Shown: in pieces, positions 1 to 8,280 of the stretch
Layout of the letters: every line of letters starts with the position of its first letter
Numbering within the stretch: position 1 is the first letter of the stretch
From: Polyangiales bacterium
GTDB lineage: Bacteria > Myxococcota_A > Polyangia > Polyangiales > DASUME01
Direction: 5' to 3'
DNA: 38,035 nucleotides
Assembly: GCA_040508235.1 (NCBI GenBank)
Contig: JBEVNG010000067.1
Coordinates: 1-38,035 of the forward strand
The notes under the pieces: generated by a model
What the model was told of the DNA's origin: nothing
Seen by the model: the letters and a program-made list of their open reading frames with translations, nothing else
Database searches by the model: none
Made by a program: the position numbers and the translations under genes

Positions 1-1871
1 AACGCGTCGACCGCCCAGTCGAGGTACTCCTTCCACTCCGCGCGACGGAGTGGCAGGCCCTCGCGCAGCGCCGCTTCGTCGATCTGAATGATGCGCACAC
101 CCGCCTTCTCCAGGTCGAGCACCTCCTCGCGGATCGCCAGCGCCAGCTGGTAGCACGACGCCGAGCGCGGCTGGTCATCACGCACGAAGGACCAGTTCAG
201 GATCGTGACCGGCCCGGTGAGCATGCCCTTCATGGGCCGCTTGGTGAGGGACTGCGCGTAGCGTATCCACTCCACCGTCATCGCCCTGGGCCGGCTGATG
301 TCGCCGAACAAGATCGGCGGCTTCACGCAGCGCGATCCGTATGACTGCACCCAACCAAGCTCGCTGAACGCGTAGCCGTCGAGCTGCTCGCCGAAGTACT
401 CCACCATGTCGTTGCGCTCGGCTTCGCCATGCACGAGCACGTCGAGCTCGAGCTTCTCCTGTTCGCGCACGGCGCGCTCGATCTCCGCGTGCATCTGCTT
501 GGTGTAGGAAGCCGTGTCGAGCTTGCCCGACTTGTGTTCGCTGCGGGCCTTGCGGATGTCCGCGGTCTGCGGGAACGAGCCGATGGTGGTGGTGGGGAAG
601 CGCGGCAGCTTGAACGCGCTCGCCTGCAGCACGGCGCGCTTGGCGTAGGGCGCCGTCCGCCTGCCGAGGTTGGAGTCGAGCTTGGCGATCGCCGCGCGCA
701 CCTTCGGATTGTTGACGCGCGGCGAGCTCGCGCGGCTCTTCCGCGCGGCATCGCTGGCGGCGAGCGCGTCGCGTACGCTGTCACGGCCGCCGTTCAGCGC
801 CGCGCCGAGCACGCGCACCTCGTCCAGCTTCTGCTGGGCGAACGCGAGCCACGACTTGATCTCGGGGTCGAGCTTCCGCTCGCTGGCGAGGTCGACCGGG
901 ACGTGCAGCAGCGAGCAGGACGGAGCGATCCACAGCCGATCACGCAGGCGCTGGTGGATGGGCTCGACGTAGTCGAGGATCGCGGACAGGTCCGCCTTCC
1001 AGATGTTGCGTCCGCTGAGCACGCCGAGCGAGAGCACGCGGCCCTCGGGCAGTGCGGAGACCACGGTGTCGACCTCGCTGCGCGCGCTGACCGCGTCGAT
1101 GTGGATGCCCGCGGTGGGCAGGCTCAGCGCGAGCGCCAGGTTCTCCGCCAGGCGACCGAAGTACGTGGCCAGCAGCAGCTTGGGGCCCTCGAGCGCCGCG
1201 TAGCTGGTGCGGTAAGCCTGCTGCCATTCGGCGTCGAGCTCGGTCACCAACGCAGGCTCGTCGAGCTGCACCCACTCCACGCCCTCCGCGGCGAGGGCGG
1301 CGAGCAGCTCCTTGTAGACCGTCAACAAGCGCGGAAGCAGGTCGAGTCGGTTCGAGCCGTCCTTGGCTTTGCCGAGCCACAGGTAGGTGACCGGGCCGAT
1401 CAGCACGGGCTTGGCCTTCACGCCCTGCTGCTTCGCTTCGCGCAGCTCCGCCAGCAAGCGAGTCGCGTCGAGCTTGAACTGCGTGCCCGCGTCCAGCTCG
1501 GGCACGATGTAGTGGTAGTTGGTGTCGAACCACTTGGTCATCTCGCCGGCGGCCACGCCCGCACCGGTGTCGCCCGCGGCGCGCCCACGCGCGACGCGGA
1601 AGTAGACGTCGAGCGGGCTCCCTCCCGCCGCCCTCGATGGCACGTTGCCAAGCAGCATGCTGGTGTCGAGCACATGGTCGTAGAACGAGAAGTCGCCGAC
1701 CGGGGCGCGGTCGAGCTGGGACTGACGCTGCCAAGTGAGCTTGCGTAGCTCCGCCGCCTGGGCGGTGAGCTGACCCTGGGAGAGCGCGCCCTTCCAGTGC
1801 TTCTCGAGCGCGAACTTGAGCTCACGCTGCGCGCCGACGCGCGGGAAACCAAGGTTGTGTGTACGTGCCAT
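1..1871 (-). CDS. metE: Cobalamin-independent methionine synthase, 3' end runs off the window
   Basis: Hand translation from ATG 1871: [23 protein letters not shown]...[16 protein letters not shown]...[11 protein letters not shown]...[15 protein letters not shown]...[13 protein letters not shown]...[15 protein letters not shown]...[21 protein letters not shown] upstream. Missing from the ORF track because there is no stop in the window. Confidence 0.97.
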   Translation of the reverse strand, partial: MARTHNLGFPRVGAQRELKFALEKHWKGALSQGQLTAQAAELRKLTWQRQSQLDRAPVGDFSFYDHVLDTSMLLGNVPSRAAGGSPLDVYFRVARGRAAGDTGAGVAAGEMTKWFDTNYHYIVPELDAGTQFKLDATRLLAELREAKQQGVKAKPVLIGPVTYLWLGKAKDGSNRLDLLPRLLTVYKELLAALAAEGVEWVQLDEPALVTELDAEWQQAYRTSYAALEGPKLLLATYFGRLAENLALALSLPTAGIHIDAVSARSEVDTVVSALPEGRVLSLGVLSGRNIWKADLSAILDYVEPIHQRLRDRLWIAPSCSLLHVPVDLASERKLDPEIKSWLAFAQQKLDEVRVLGAALNGGRDSVRDALAASDAARKSRASSPRVNNPKVRAAIAKLDSNLGRRTAPYAKRAVLQASAFKLPRFPTTTIGSFPQTADIRKARSEHKSGKLDTASYTKQMHAEIERAVREQEKLELDVLVHGEAERNDMVEYFGEQLDGYAFSELGWVQSYGSRCVKPPILFGDISRPRAMTVEWIRYAQSLTKRPMKGMLTGPVTILNWSFVRDDQPRSASCYQLALAIREEVLDLEKAGVRIIQIDEAALREGLPLRRAEWKEYLDWAVDA

Positions 1872-1927
1872 CGCTGACGTCCTTGCTAGATGCTCGGTCA
1901 AGCTAGGCCCGTGACGTGTGAATACAA

Positions 1928-1963
1928 ATGGTAAGTTTGCATGCATCCATGCAACTCATTCAT
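1928..1963. promoter_or_regulatory. Tandem MetR/LysR binding boxes in the divergent metE-metR spacer
   Basis: ATGCAACTCATTCAT at 1949-1963 (reverse: TGAA-N5-TGCA, near the MetR consensus TGAA-N5-TTCA). A second ATG-N9-CAT (T-N11-A) element lies at 1928-1942, 21 bp away, in an AT-rich patch. Confidence 0.7.
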
Positions 1964-1977
1964 CGATCGAGAACACG

Positions 1978-2892
1978 ATGCTGGAACGAACTCACCTCAA
2001 CTTGATGCGCGAGCTGGCGCGCGAAGGCTCGCTCACGTCGGCAGCGCGCAAGCTCGGGTCGAGCCAGTCCGCGCTGAGCCACGCGGTGCGCAAGCTGGAG
2101 GAACAGCTAGGTACGAAGCTGTGGGAGCGCGAGGGCCGCAGCTTGCGCCTCACGCCCGCGGGCGCGCACCTGTCGGCCTTTGCGCAGCGCATCGCCCCTC
2201 AGTTCGAGCACGCCGAGCACGTGATCGCGCAGATCGCGCGCGGCGAGCGCGGCACGCTGCGTATCGGCATGGAGTGCCACCCGTGTTATCGCTGGATCCT
2301 GCGCGTGATCGAGCCCTATGTGCGCACCCACCGCGACGTCGACCTGGACGTGAAGCAGAAGTTCCAGTTCGGCGGCATCGGCGCCCTGTTCGCGCACGAG
2401 ATCGACATGCTGGTCACGCCCGACCCACTGCGCCGCAAGGGGCTGCGCTTCGAGCCGGTCTTCGACTACGAGCAGGTGCTGGTCGTCAGCGCGGACCATG
2501 CGCTCGCCAGGCGCGCCTACGTGGTGCCGGCGGACCTGGAGCCGCAGACGCTGATCACGTATCCGGTCGAGGTCGAGCGCCTGGACATCTTCAGCCAGTT
2601 CCTGCTGCCCGCGGGCTGCACACCCAAGCGCCACGTCACGATCGAGACCACGGACATCATGCTGCAGCTGGTCGCCAGCGGACGCGGGGTCGCCGCACTG
2701 CCACGCTGGCTGGTCAAGGAGTACACGTCCACGATCCCGGTCCGGGTCGTGCGCCTGGGCCGGCACGGCGTAGCCAAGCAGATCTTCCTCGGCACGCGCG
2801 TCGACGACGCCGCCGTCGACTACATCGCAGCCTTTATCAAGCTCGCGCGCACCACGCAGGGCTCCCGGAAGGCGCGGGCCACTCGCGGATGA
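1978..2892 (+). CDS. metR: LysR-family regulator MetR
   Basis: LysR HTH (GSLTSAARKLGSSQSALSHAVRKLE), MetR-typical LRIGMECHPCYRW and LITYPVEVERLDIF. Divergent from metE. ATG 1978 preferred over the track start at 1918. Confidence 0.92.
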   Translation: MLERTHLNLMRELAREGSLTSAARKLGSSQSALSHAVRKLEEQLGTKLWEREGRSLRLTPAGAHLSAFAQRIAPQFEHAEHVIAQIARGERGTLRIGMECHPCYRWILRVIEPYVRTHRDVDLDVKQKFQFGGIGALFAHEIDMLVTPDPLRRKGLRFEPVFDYEQVLVVSADHALARRAYVVPADLEPQTLITYPVEVERLDIFSQFLLPAGCTPKRHVTIETTDIMLQLVASGRGVAALPRWLVKEYTSTIPVRVVRLGRHGVAKQIFLGTRVDDAAVDYIAAFIKLARTTQGSRKARATRG

Positions 2893-2917
2893 ACACCCCG
2901 GTGGCTACCTGACTGAC

Positions 2918-3844
2918 GTGACGCCCGACGCACAACCCACCGCCGCCCCGACCCACGCTCCGTTCTTCGTCGTCTACAACCCCAGCTCTGGCTCGGGCGA
3001 CGACGTGACCGAGGCGCTGCAGCGCATGCTGGGCGGGCGACACGAGCTGATCGCGATCCGTCAGGGGCAGGTCGATGCCGCGGCCAAGGACGCGGTCCAG
3101 CGGGCCAAGCGTGCGGGCGGTACGGTGGTGGCGGCGGGAGGCGACGGCACCATTCGCTGCGTCGCCAAGCACGCGCTCAAGGAGGGCGTGAAGGTCGGCA
3201 TCCTGCCGCGCGGCACGTTCAACATCACGGGGCGCACCTGGGGCATCCCGCTGGAGCTGGAGGCATCGATCCAGAACCTGCTCGATGCGCGCGTGCGGCG
3301 CGTGCAGGTCGGCACCGTGAATGACCACGTGTTCCTGGTGAACGCGAGCCTCGGTCTGTACCCGGAGCTGCTGGAGGAACGCGAGCAGTACAAGCGTCAG
3401 TTCGGGCGCAAGCGGACGGTCGCGCTGCTGGCGGGTCTGGTCACCATCCTGCGCCACCACAAGCACCTGGTGCTGCAGAGCGAGCACGAGCTCGGCAGCG
3501 AGCTGGTGCAGGCCACCACGCTGTTCGTCGGCAACAACCCCATGCAGCTGGAGGACGTGGGGCTGCCCGAGTCGGAAGACGTGAAGCACGGTCAGCTCGC
3601 GGCCGTGTTCGTGAAGCCGGTGGGCAGGCTCGCGCGGCTCGGTCTGTTCGTGCGTGGCCTCGCCGGCAAGCTGGGTGGGGCACCCGAGCTGAAGGACTTC
3701 TCGTTCGAGCACCTGACGGTCCGTCCGCGTCGCACCAACAAGAAGACACTCAAGGTGGCGCTCGACGGCGAGATCATGCGTCTGGCGCCACCGCTGGAGT
3801 TCAAGCTGACGCCGGAGCCGCTTCAGCTGTTGGTGCCGCGCTGA
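2918..3844 (+). CDS. Diacylglycerol/lipid kinase family protein (YegS/DAGK-like)
   Basis: NPSSG, AAGGDGT, GILPRGTFN and C-terminal ALDGE motifs. Confidence 0.88.
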   Translation: MTPDAQPTAAPTHAPFFVVYNPSSGSGDDVTEALQRMLGGRHELIAIRQGQVDAAAKDAVQRAKRAGGTVVAAGGDGTIRCVAKHALKEGVKVGILPRGTFNITGRTWGIPLELEASIQNLLDARVRRVQVGTVNDHVFLVNASLGLYPELLEEREQYKRQFGRKRTVALLAGLVTILRHHKHLVLQSEHELGSELVQATTLFVGNNPMQLEDVGLPESEDVKHGQLAAVFVKPVGRLARLGLFVRGLAGKLGGAPELKDFSFEHLTVRPRRTNKKTLKVALDGEIMRLAPPLEFKLTPEPLQLLVPR

Positions 3845-4361
3845 GCGCGAACGAGTGCGGCCGGTTCCAGACGCCACGCTCGTCGCGTACGCCCATCACC
3901 AGCTCCCGCGCTTCGAACGCGATGGGTAGCTGAAGCGTGAGTGACGCCAGCGCCTCGCGCGCTCGCGCGGGAGTGAGCCCCTGCGCGAGTGTCAGGTGGG
4001 GATAGAAGACGCGGTCCTCGACCTCGAGCCTGGGACCTGAGTGTGCGAGATGGGCGACGGCGTGCAGCAGCGTCAGGTGCAGCGCGTCGAGCGCGGGCGT
4101 ACGCGGCGCGTGCAGGTGCAGCACGGCGCCGAACTGTGGCGTATCGAACACGCCCGCCTCGCGCAGGTCGATGGCGACCGCGGGCAAACGCAGGGCCGCG
4201 ACGCACGCACGTACGTCGTCGAGCTGGTCCGTCTCGAACGGCTGCTTCATGGTCAGGTGCGGAATGGTCTTGGCCGCGTGCTCCGGATCGAGCTGCGCGC
4301 GCAGCGCGGCGAACGTCGTGGACAGCGAAGCAGGCGGCACCAGCGCGAAGGAGACCAACAT
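3801..4361 (-). CDS. 2H phosphoesterase / 2'-5' RNA ligase family protein
   Basis: Two HxT motifs, IPHLTM and FYPHLTLA. Converges on the DAGK gene with a 44 bp overlap. Confidence 0.8.
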   Translation of the reverse strand: MLVSFALVPPASLSTTFAALRAQLDPEHAAKTIPHLTMKQPFETDQLDDVRACVAALRLPAVAIDLREAGVFDTPQFGAVLHLHAPRTPALDALHLTLLHAVAHLAHSGPRLEVEDRVFYPHLTLAQGLTPARAREALASLTLQLPIAFEARELVMGVRDERGVWNRPHSFALSAAPTAEAAPASA

Positions 4362-4396
4362 GGGCCCGCAAGCTAGCCGACGCCTCGGACGCGCGC

Positions 4397-4424
4397 TTGA
4401 CTTCGTGGGCTGTTGGCGCAGATT
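4397..4424 (+). promoter_or_regulatory. Putative sigma70-type promoter of riboswitch 1
   Basis: TTGACT (4397-4402), 16 nt spacer, CAGATT (4419-4424). Same geometry as the promoter at 7917-7944. Confidence 0.5.
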
Positions 4425-4431
4425 CGCTGGG

Positions 4432-4567
4432 TTCTGGGTCGAAGGCGCCTTTGCGACCGGAGACTGCTGCGCTGCAGCTTTAGGGAAGCCGGTTCAAGTC
4501 CGGCGCGGACCCGCCACGGTAAGAGTCTCCTCGCGAAGAGGCCTCGAGCCCGGATACCTGCCCAGAC
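4432..4567 (+). ncRNA. Cobalamin riboswitch 1, short form without the GCCACTG/GGGAAG accessory domain
   Basis: P1 TCTGGG/CCCAGA; TAGGGAAGCCGGTTCAAGTCCGGCGCGGACCCGCCACGGTAA; B12 box GAGCCCGGATACCTGCC. Lies upstream of a Co/Ni permease. Confidence 0.92.
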
Positions 4568-4704
4568 GGATGGTCCCTCTACGCCTCGGGGATGGCGCAA
4601 GGACGAGCTCGCCAGGCCGCTATTTTACGGCGTGGCGCCTTCGTTCTCGTGCTCTGCCCTTGGGCCATGCGAGCACGGATGGCGCACTTACCACGCGGTC
4701 GAAC

Positions 4705-5304
4705 ATGTTGAGCTCCCCGCTCTTGCTGGGTCTGCTGCTCGGCTTTCGCCATGCGTCGGACGCCGATCACGTGGCGACCATCGCGGCGGTGGTGGTGGGG
4801 CGCTATCGCTTGCTCGGGGCGATCCGTACGGCGTTGTTGTGGGGCCTCGGACACAGCGTGACGTTCTTCGCGGTGGGTCTGGCGATCGTGATGTTCGACC
4901 TGCACGTGCCGGAGGCATTCGAGTCGGCGGTCGATATCGCGATCGCGGCCTCGCTGCTGGTGCTCGGCGGCATCCAGCTGGTGCGGGCGCAGCGCAACCA
5001 GACCGAGCAGCCGGAGCCGCACGGGTCACGTCCGTTCTTGCTGGGCTCGCTGCACGGACTCGCGGGCTCGGCGGGTGTGGCGCTGATCGCGCTGACCACC
5101 ATCCACAGCCGGCACCAGGCGCTCTGGTACCTGGTGTTGTTCGCGATCGGCACGATCGGCGGCATGGCCGTGATCACGCTCGCGCTGGCGTGGTCGTTCC
5201 AGCTCTCGTCGTCGCTCAGCTGGGCCAAGCGTGCGCTGATCGTGGCCGCCGGCGTGGTGAGCTGCCTCTGTGGACTCAGCATCCTGCACGAGATGCTGGC
5301 ATGA
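4705..5304 (+). CDS. Nickel/cobalt permease (NiCoT/UreH-like), probable cobalt importer
   Basis: GFRHASDADH (HX4DH signature), WGLGHS and GSLHGLAGS motifs, about 6 hydrophobic segments. Start at ATG 4705; the track's longer ORF runs through the riboswitch. Confidence 0.85.
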   Translation: MLSSPLLLGLLLGFRHASDADHVATIAAVVVGRYRLLGAIRTALLWGLGHSVTFFAVGLAIVMFDLHVPEAFESAVDIAIAASLLVLGGIQLVRAQRNQTEQPEPHGSRPFLLGSLHGLAGSAGVALIALTTIHSRHQALWYLVLFAIGTIGGMAVITLALAWSFQLSSSLSWAKRALIVAAGVVSCLCGLSILHEMLA

Positions 5305-5306
5305 CC

Positions 5307-6071
5307 TTACTGCAGCAGACGCTCCAGCATGTCGAGTCCGTCCGTCAGACAGGCGGGACCTGGCTGCAGGATGATCGACGATGGAAGCTCGTGGACGGGC
5401 TTGCCGCGCAGCGCCTCGAAGCCGTCGCGGGCGAAGAACTTGTCGCGATCGAACGGCTTGCCGCACCAGCTCGCGAGCACGACGTCGGGGGCGCGCTCGA
5501 TCACGTCGCGCGCCTGCACGATACGCTCCTTGGCGTTGGGGTGCTCGGCGAGCTCGCGGAAGATGTTGTCGCCGCCGGCGAGCTCGATCAGCTCCGACAC
5601 CCAGCGAATGCTGGTGATGATCGGGTCGGGCCACTCCTCGAAGTAGACCTTGGGGCGCGGTCGGCCGGCGGTGCGAGCACGGACGGCGGCGATGCGAGCC
5701 TCGTACTCGGCCACCAGAACGCGCGCTCTTTGCTCGGCGCCCACCAGCCTGCCCGTCGCGACGATCACCTTGAGGATCTCGGCGATCGAGCGCTGGTTGA
5801 AGATGATCACCTGCATGCCCGCGGCGATCAGCTCGGCTGCGTACTTGGCCTGGATGTCGGAGAAGCCGATCACGAGGTCGGGCGCGAGTGCCTTGATCTT
5901 GCTCAGGCTGCCGTTCATGAACGCCGACACGATCGGCTTCTCGCGCCTGGCCTCGGGTGGCCGCACCGTGTACGCGCTGATGCCCACGATGCGGCGTTGC
6001 TCGCCGAGCAGGTAGAGCAGCTCCGCGGGTTCTTCGGTGAGGCAGACGATGCGCTCGAACGGCTCGTGCAT
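5307..6071 (-). CDS. Cobalamin-binding / class III solute-binding fold protein (BtuF-like) with no signal peptide
   Basis: RIVCLTEE..ELLY.LGE..RIVGIS, PDLVIGFSDIQ, VYFEEWPDP, ILQPGPA. Start at ATG 6071 (alternative 6080). Confidence 0.8.
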   Translation of the reverse strand: MHEPFERIVCLTEEPAELLYLLGEQRRIVGISAYTVRPPEARREKPIVSAFMNGSLSKIKALAPDLVIGFSDIQAKYAAELIAAGMQVIIFNQRSIAEILKVIVATGRLVGAEQRARVLVAEYEARIAAVRARTAGRPRPKVYFEEWPDPIITSIRWVSELIELAGGDNIFRELAEHPNAKERIVQARDVIERAPDVVLASWCGKPFDRDKFFARDGFEALRGKPVHELPSSIILQPGPACLTDGLDMLERLLQ

Positions 6072-6147
6072 GCCGCCCATTCTCGCGCGCCCTCGGCACG
6101 CGCGCACGCTTTCGCGACTCGAGTGGGTCGCACGTTGGGAGAGTCGG

Positions 6148-7050
6148 ATGATCAAGATGCGTAAGACCTGGATGCTCACGTCGGCCCTGCTGCTCGCCGC
6201 TGCCTGCGGCGACGACGACGACGCATATTCTCCCGACACTCCCAGGGACGGCTCGGTCCCCGACGCGAGCACGCCCACCGACAGCTCCGTTCCCACCAAC
6301 ATCGACGCCGGTACCGACGCGAGCCTCGACGCCACGATCCAGGACGCCAACACCCCCACCGACGCCGCGCCCAGCGACGCGGGTCCGGTCGCGGCGGCGA
6401 TCGCGCTGGTGGGCCGCTGGCACGATGACGACTATGGCGGCGAGCTCGAGGTCACCGAGACCAAGTATGGCTCGCAGACCCTCATCGAGTACGACAACAG
6501 CGCGCGCGTCGGGTACACGCAGAGCCCGGCCGACGACATGTACAGCCCGAACAAGTTCAACAAGATCGTCTGGACGGCCGTGACGAGCGCCGGCTTCTAC
6601 CAGTGCACGCAGGACTACGGCAAGGACACGCTCGAAGCCGCCAAGGCGACGACGATGAAGGCCGACCCCAGCGATCCGGGGAACAAGGGCTGTGGCAACG
6701 GCGACTTCCCCTGGACGCACTACGTGCCTGCGATCGAGCTGTCGGGCTCGTGGCAGAGCGGCGGCGCGGCGTTCGCGGTCGACTCGGACAGCTTCGGTGC
6801 GTACGCCGTGGTCAGCTACGACAACGCGGGCGACAAGGCCGTGCTCTCCACCGGCGGTGGCGACGCGGGCGCAGCGACGTTCAGCAAGGTCGTGTGGACG
6901 ACCGCTGCCGGTCCGAACCGCGTGTACTACTGCATCGTGGCAACGGGCCTGAGCACGGAGGCCGAGGCGCTGGCGAGCACCGCGACGGCCGATGTCAGCC
7001 TGCCGACGACCGGCTGCAACGGCGCGGCCTGGACCGGCCTGACCAAGTGA
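6148..7050 (+). CDS. Lipoprotein with a DAG/DAS linker and two tandem homologous Cys-containing domains
   Basis: Lipobox LAAAC. Two copies of the pattern AI.L.G.W...YDN...F.K.VWT...Y.C...T.EA...AD.S.P..GC.G..WT. GGAGAG RBS before ATG 6148. Confidence 0.8.
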   Translation: MIKMRKTWMLTSALLLAAACGDDDDAYSPDTPRDGSVPDASTPTDSSVPTNIDAGTDASLDATIQDANTPTDAAPSDAGPVAAAIALVGRWHDDDYGGELEVTETKYGSQTLIEYDNSARVGYTQSPADDMYSPNKFNKIVWTAVTSAGFYQCTQDYGKDTLEAAKATTMKADPSDPGNKGCGNGDFPWTHYVPAIELSGSWQSGGAAFAVDSDSFGAYAVVSYDNAGDKAVLSTGGGDAGAATFSKVVWTTAAGPNRVYYCIVATGLSTEAEALASTATADVSLPTTGCNGAAWTGLTK

Positions 7051-7859
7051 AGCGCCTCGCCATCGTCACGCTCGCGCTCGCTGCGTACGGCTGCGACGAC
7101 GCGCCCATCCAGGAAGCTCCGGAGCTGCCGGAGGAGCTGGACGCGCAAGTCATCGACGCTGGCGATGCAGCCCGTGCGATCGAGCTCGATGGCGGACTCG
7201 ACGCGTCCCTGGATGCGTCCTTCGACGCGAGCATGATCGACGCGGGGTATGTCGAGGAAGTCGACGCCGCCGCGGACACGCGCGATGCGGCCGCCCTGCC
7301 CTACGCGCGCGGCGTGCAGCGCTACAGCCCGGGCTCCAACGCCGGCTACGGACAGGAGCGCTATCCCGAGGTCGTGCTTGGTCCGCCGAGCGGCAAGGGG
7401 AACCTCGCGGGCGGCCTCGACGTGCTCTCGCTCGGCGTGGGCGGCGAGATCGTGCTCGACTTCGGTGCGCGTACGATCGTCGATCGCCCTGGAGCGGACT
7501 TCATCGTGTTCGAGAATCCGTTCCACGCCGGCGGTAGCGCTGCGGCGGTGTTCGCGGAGCTGGGAGAAGTCTCCGTAAGCAACGACCTTACTACCTGGCT
7601 GACCTTCCCATGTTCGCTTCAACCCACACAGCCGGGCATGTACCCGGGCTGCGCGGGCTGGACGCCGACGCTCGCGTTCGATCCGTTCACGCTCGTCCCA
7701 CTCGACCCCGCGCAGACGGGTGGAGACGCGTTCGACCTCGCCACGGTGCAGGCCACGAGCGCGCGCTACCTGCGCGTGCGCGATCTCGCCACCAGCGGGC
7801 AAGGCAGCAGCGCCGGCTTCGACCTCGACGCGGTCGGCGTCATCCACGCCGCGCCGTGA
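7047..7859 (+). CDS. Cell-surface lipoprotein with a BtuH-like candidate B12-binding domain
   Basis: GTG overlaps the previous TGA. Lipobox LAAYGC. Motifs LSLGVGGEIVLDF, GADFIVFENPF, ELGEVSVSND, GGDAFDL, GFDLDAV resemble, from memory, the cell-surface domain family of Bacteroides BtuH. Confidence 0.7.
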   Translation: MKRLAIVTLALAAYGCDDAPIQEAPELPEELDAQVIDAGDAARAIELDGGLDASLDASFDASMIDAGYVEEVDAAADTRDAAALPYARGVQRYSPGSNAGYGQERYPEVVLGPPSGKGNLAGGLDVLSLGVGGEIVLDFGARTIVDRPGADFIVFENPFHAGGSAAAVFAELGEVSVSNDLTTWLTFPCSLQPTQPGMYPGCAGWTPTLAFDPFTLVPLDPAQTGGDAFDLATVQATSARYLRVRDLATSGQGSSAGFDLDAVGVIHAAP

Positions 7860-7916
7860 TGGCAAGATTTGCCGCGCAGCTGTGCGAATCTTCGCCAAAC
7901 GCGCGGGAGGCGCCGC

Positions 7917-7944
7917 TTGACTCGGCCCTCGTTTCCCGCACATT
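7917..7944 (+). promoter_or_regulatory. Putative sigma70-type promoter of riboswitch 2
   Basis: TTGACT (7917-7922), 16 nt spacer, CACATT (7939-7944). The riboswitch 5' end GTTCTGGGTCGA starts 34 nt after TTGAC, as in riboswitch 1. Confidence 0.5.
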
Positions 7945-7950
7945 CGGCGC

Positions 7951-8165
7951 GTTCTGGGTCGATGGCGCGACTTGCTCGCGGCCGGAGACAGCGCTGGCAT
8001 GCGGTGTCGGGACTGCCCGAGACGGTGTCGGGGTAACAGGGAAGCCGGTTGAAGTCCGGCGCGGACCCGCCACGGTAAGAAGTCGAATCCTCACCACGAG
8101 GCCACTGGCGTAAGGCTGGGAAGGCGGTGAGGCTCTGGCTTCGAGCCCGGAGACCTACCCGGAAC
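7951..8165 (+). ncRNA. Cobalamin riboswitch 2, long (class I-like) form
   Basis: P1 GTTCTGGG/CCCGGAAC; AACAGGGAAGCCGGTTGAAGTCCGGCGCGGACCCGCCACGGTAA; accessory GCCACTGG...CTGGGAAGGCG; B12 box GAGCCCGGAGACCTACC. Confidence 0.95.
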
Positions 8166-8280
8166 CTCAGGATCCTTGTCTGCCTCGGGGATGGCGGAAG
8201 GACGAACAGACGTTCGGTCCGTCGTCTCTCCGGCCACGTCCGTCTCGCTCCGACCGCACCTCGAGCCTGGAGCTCGCAGG

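Noticed and set aside
4171-4704. N-terminal extensions in the ORF track for the Co permease (also for the TonB receptor, fpr, nrdA and the propeller)
   Set aside because: They run through riboswitch leaders or promoter spacers. Downstream starts fit the recognisable domains better, most with a clear RBS.
6229-6390. Short GACGC-type repeats in the lipoprotein linkers (also 7140-7295 and 10368-10470) as a DNA repeat array or CRISPR
   Set aside because: They are irregular codon-level echoes of DAG/DAS peptide linkers with no fixed repeat-spacer structure.
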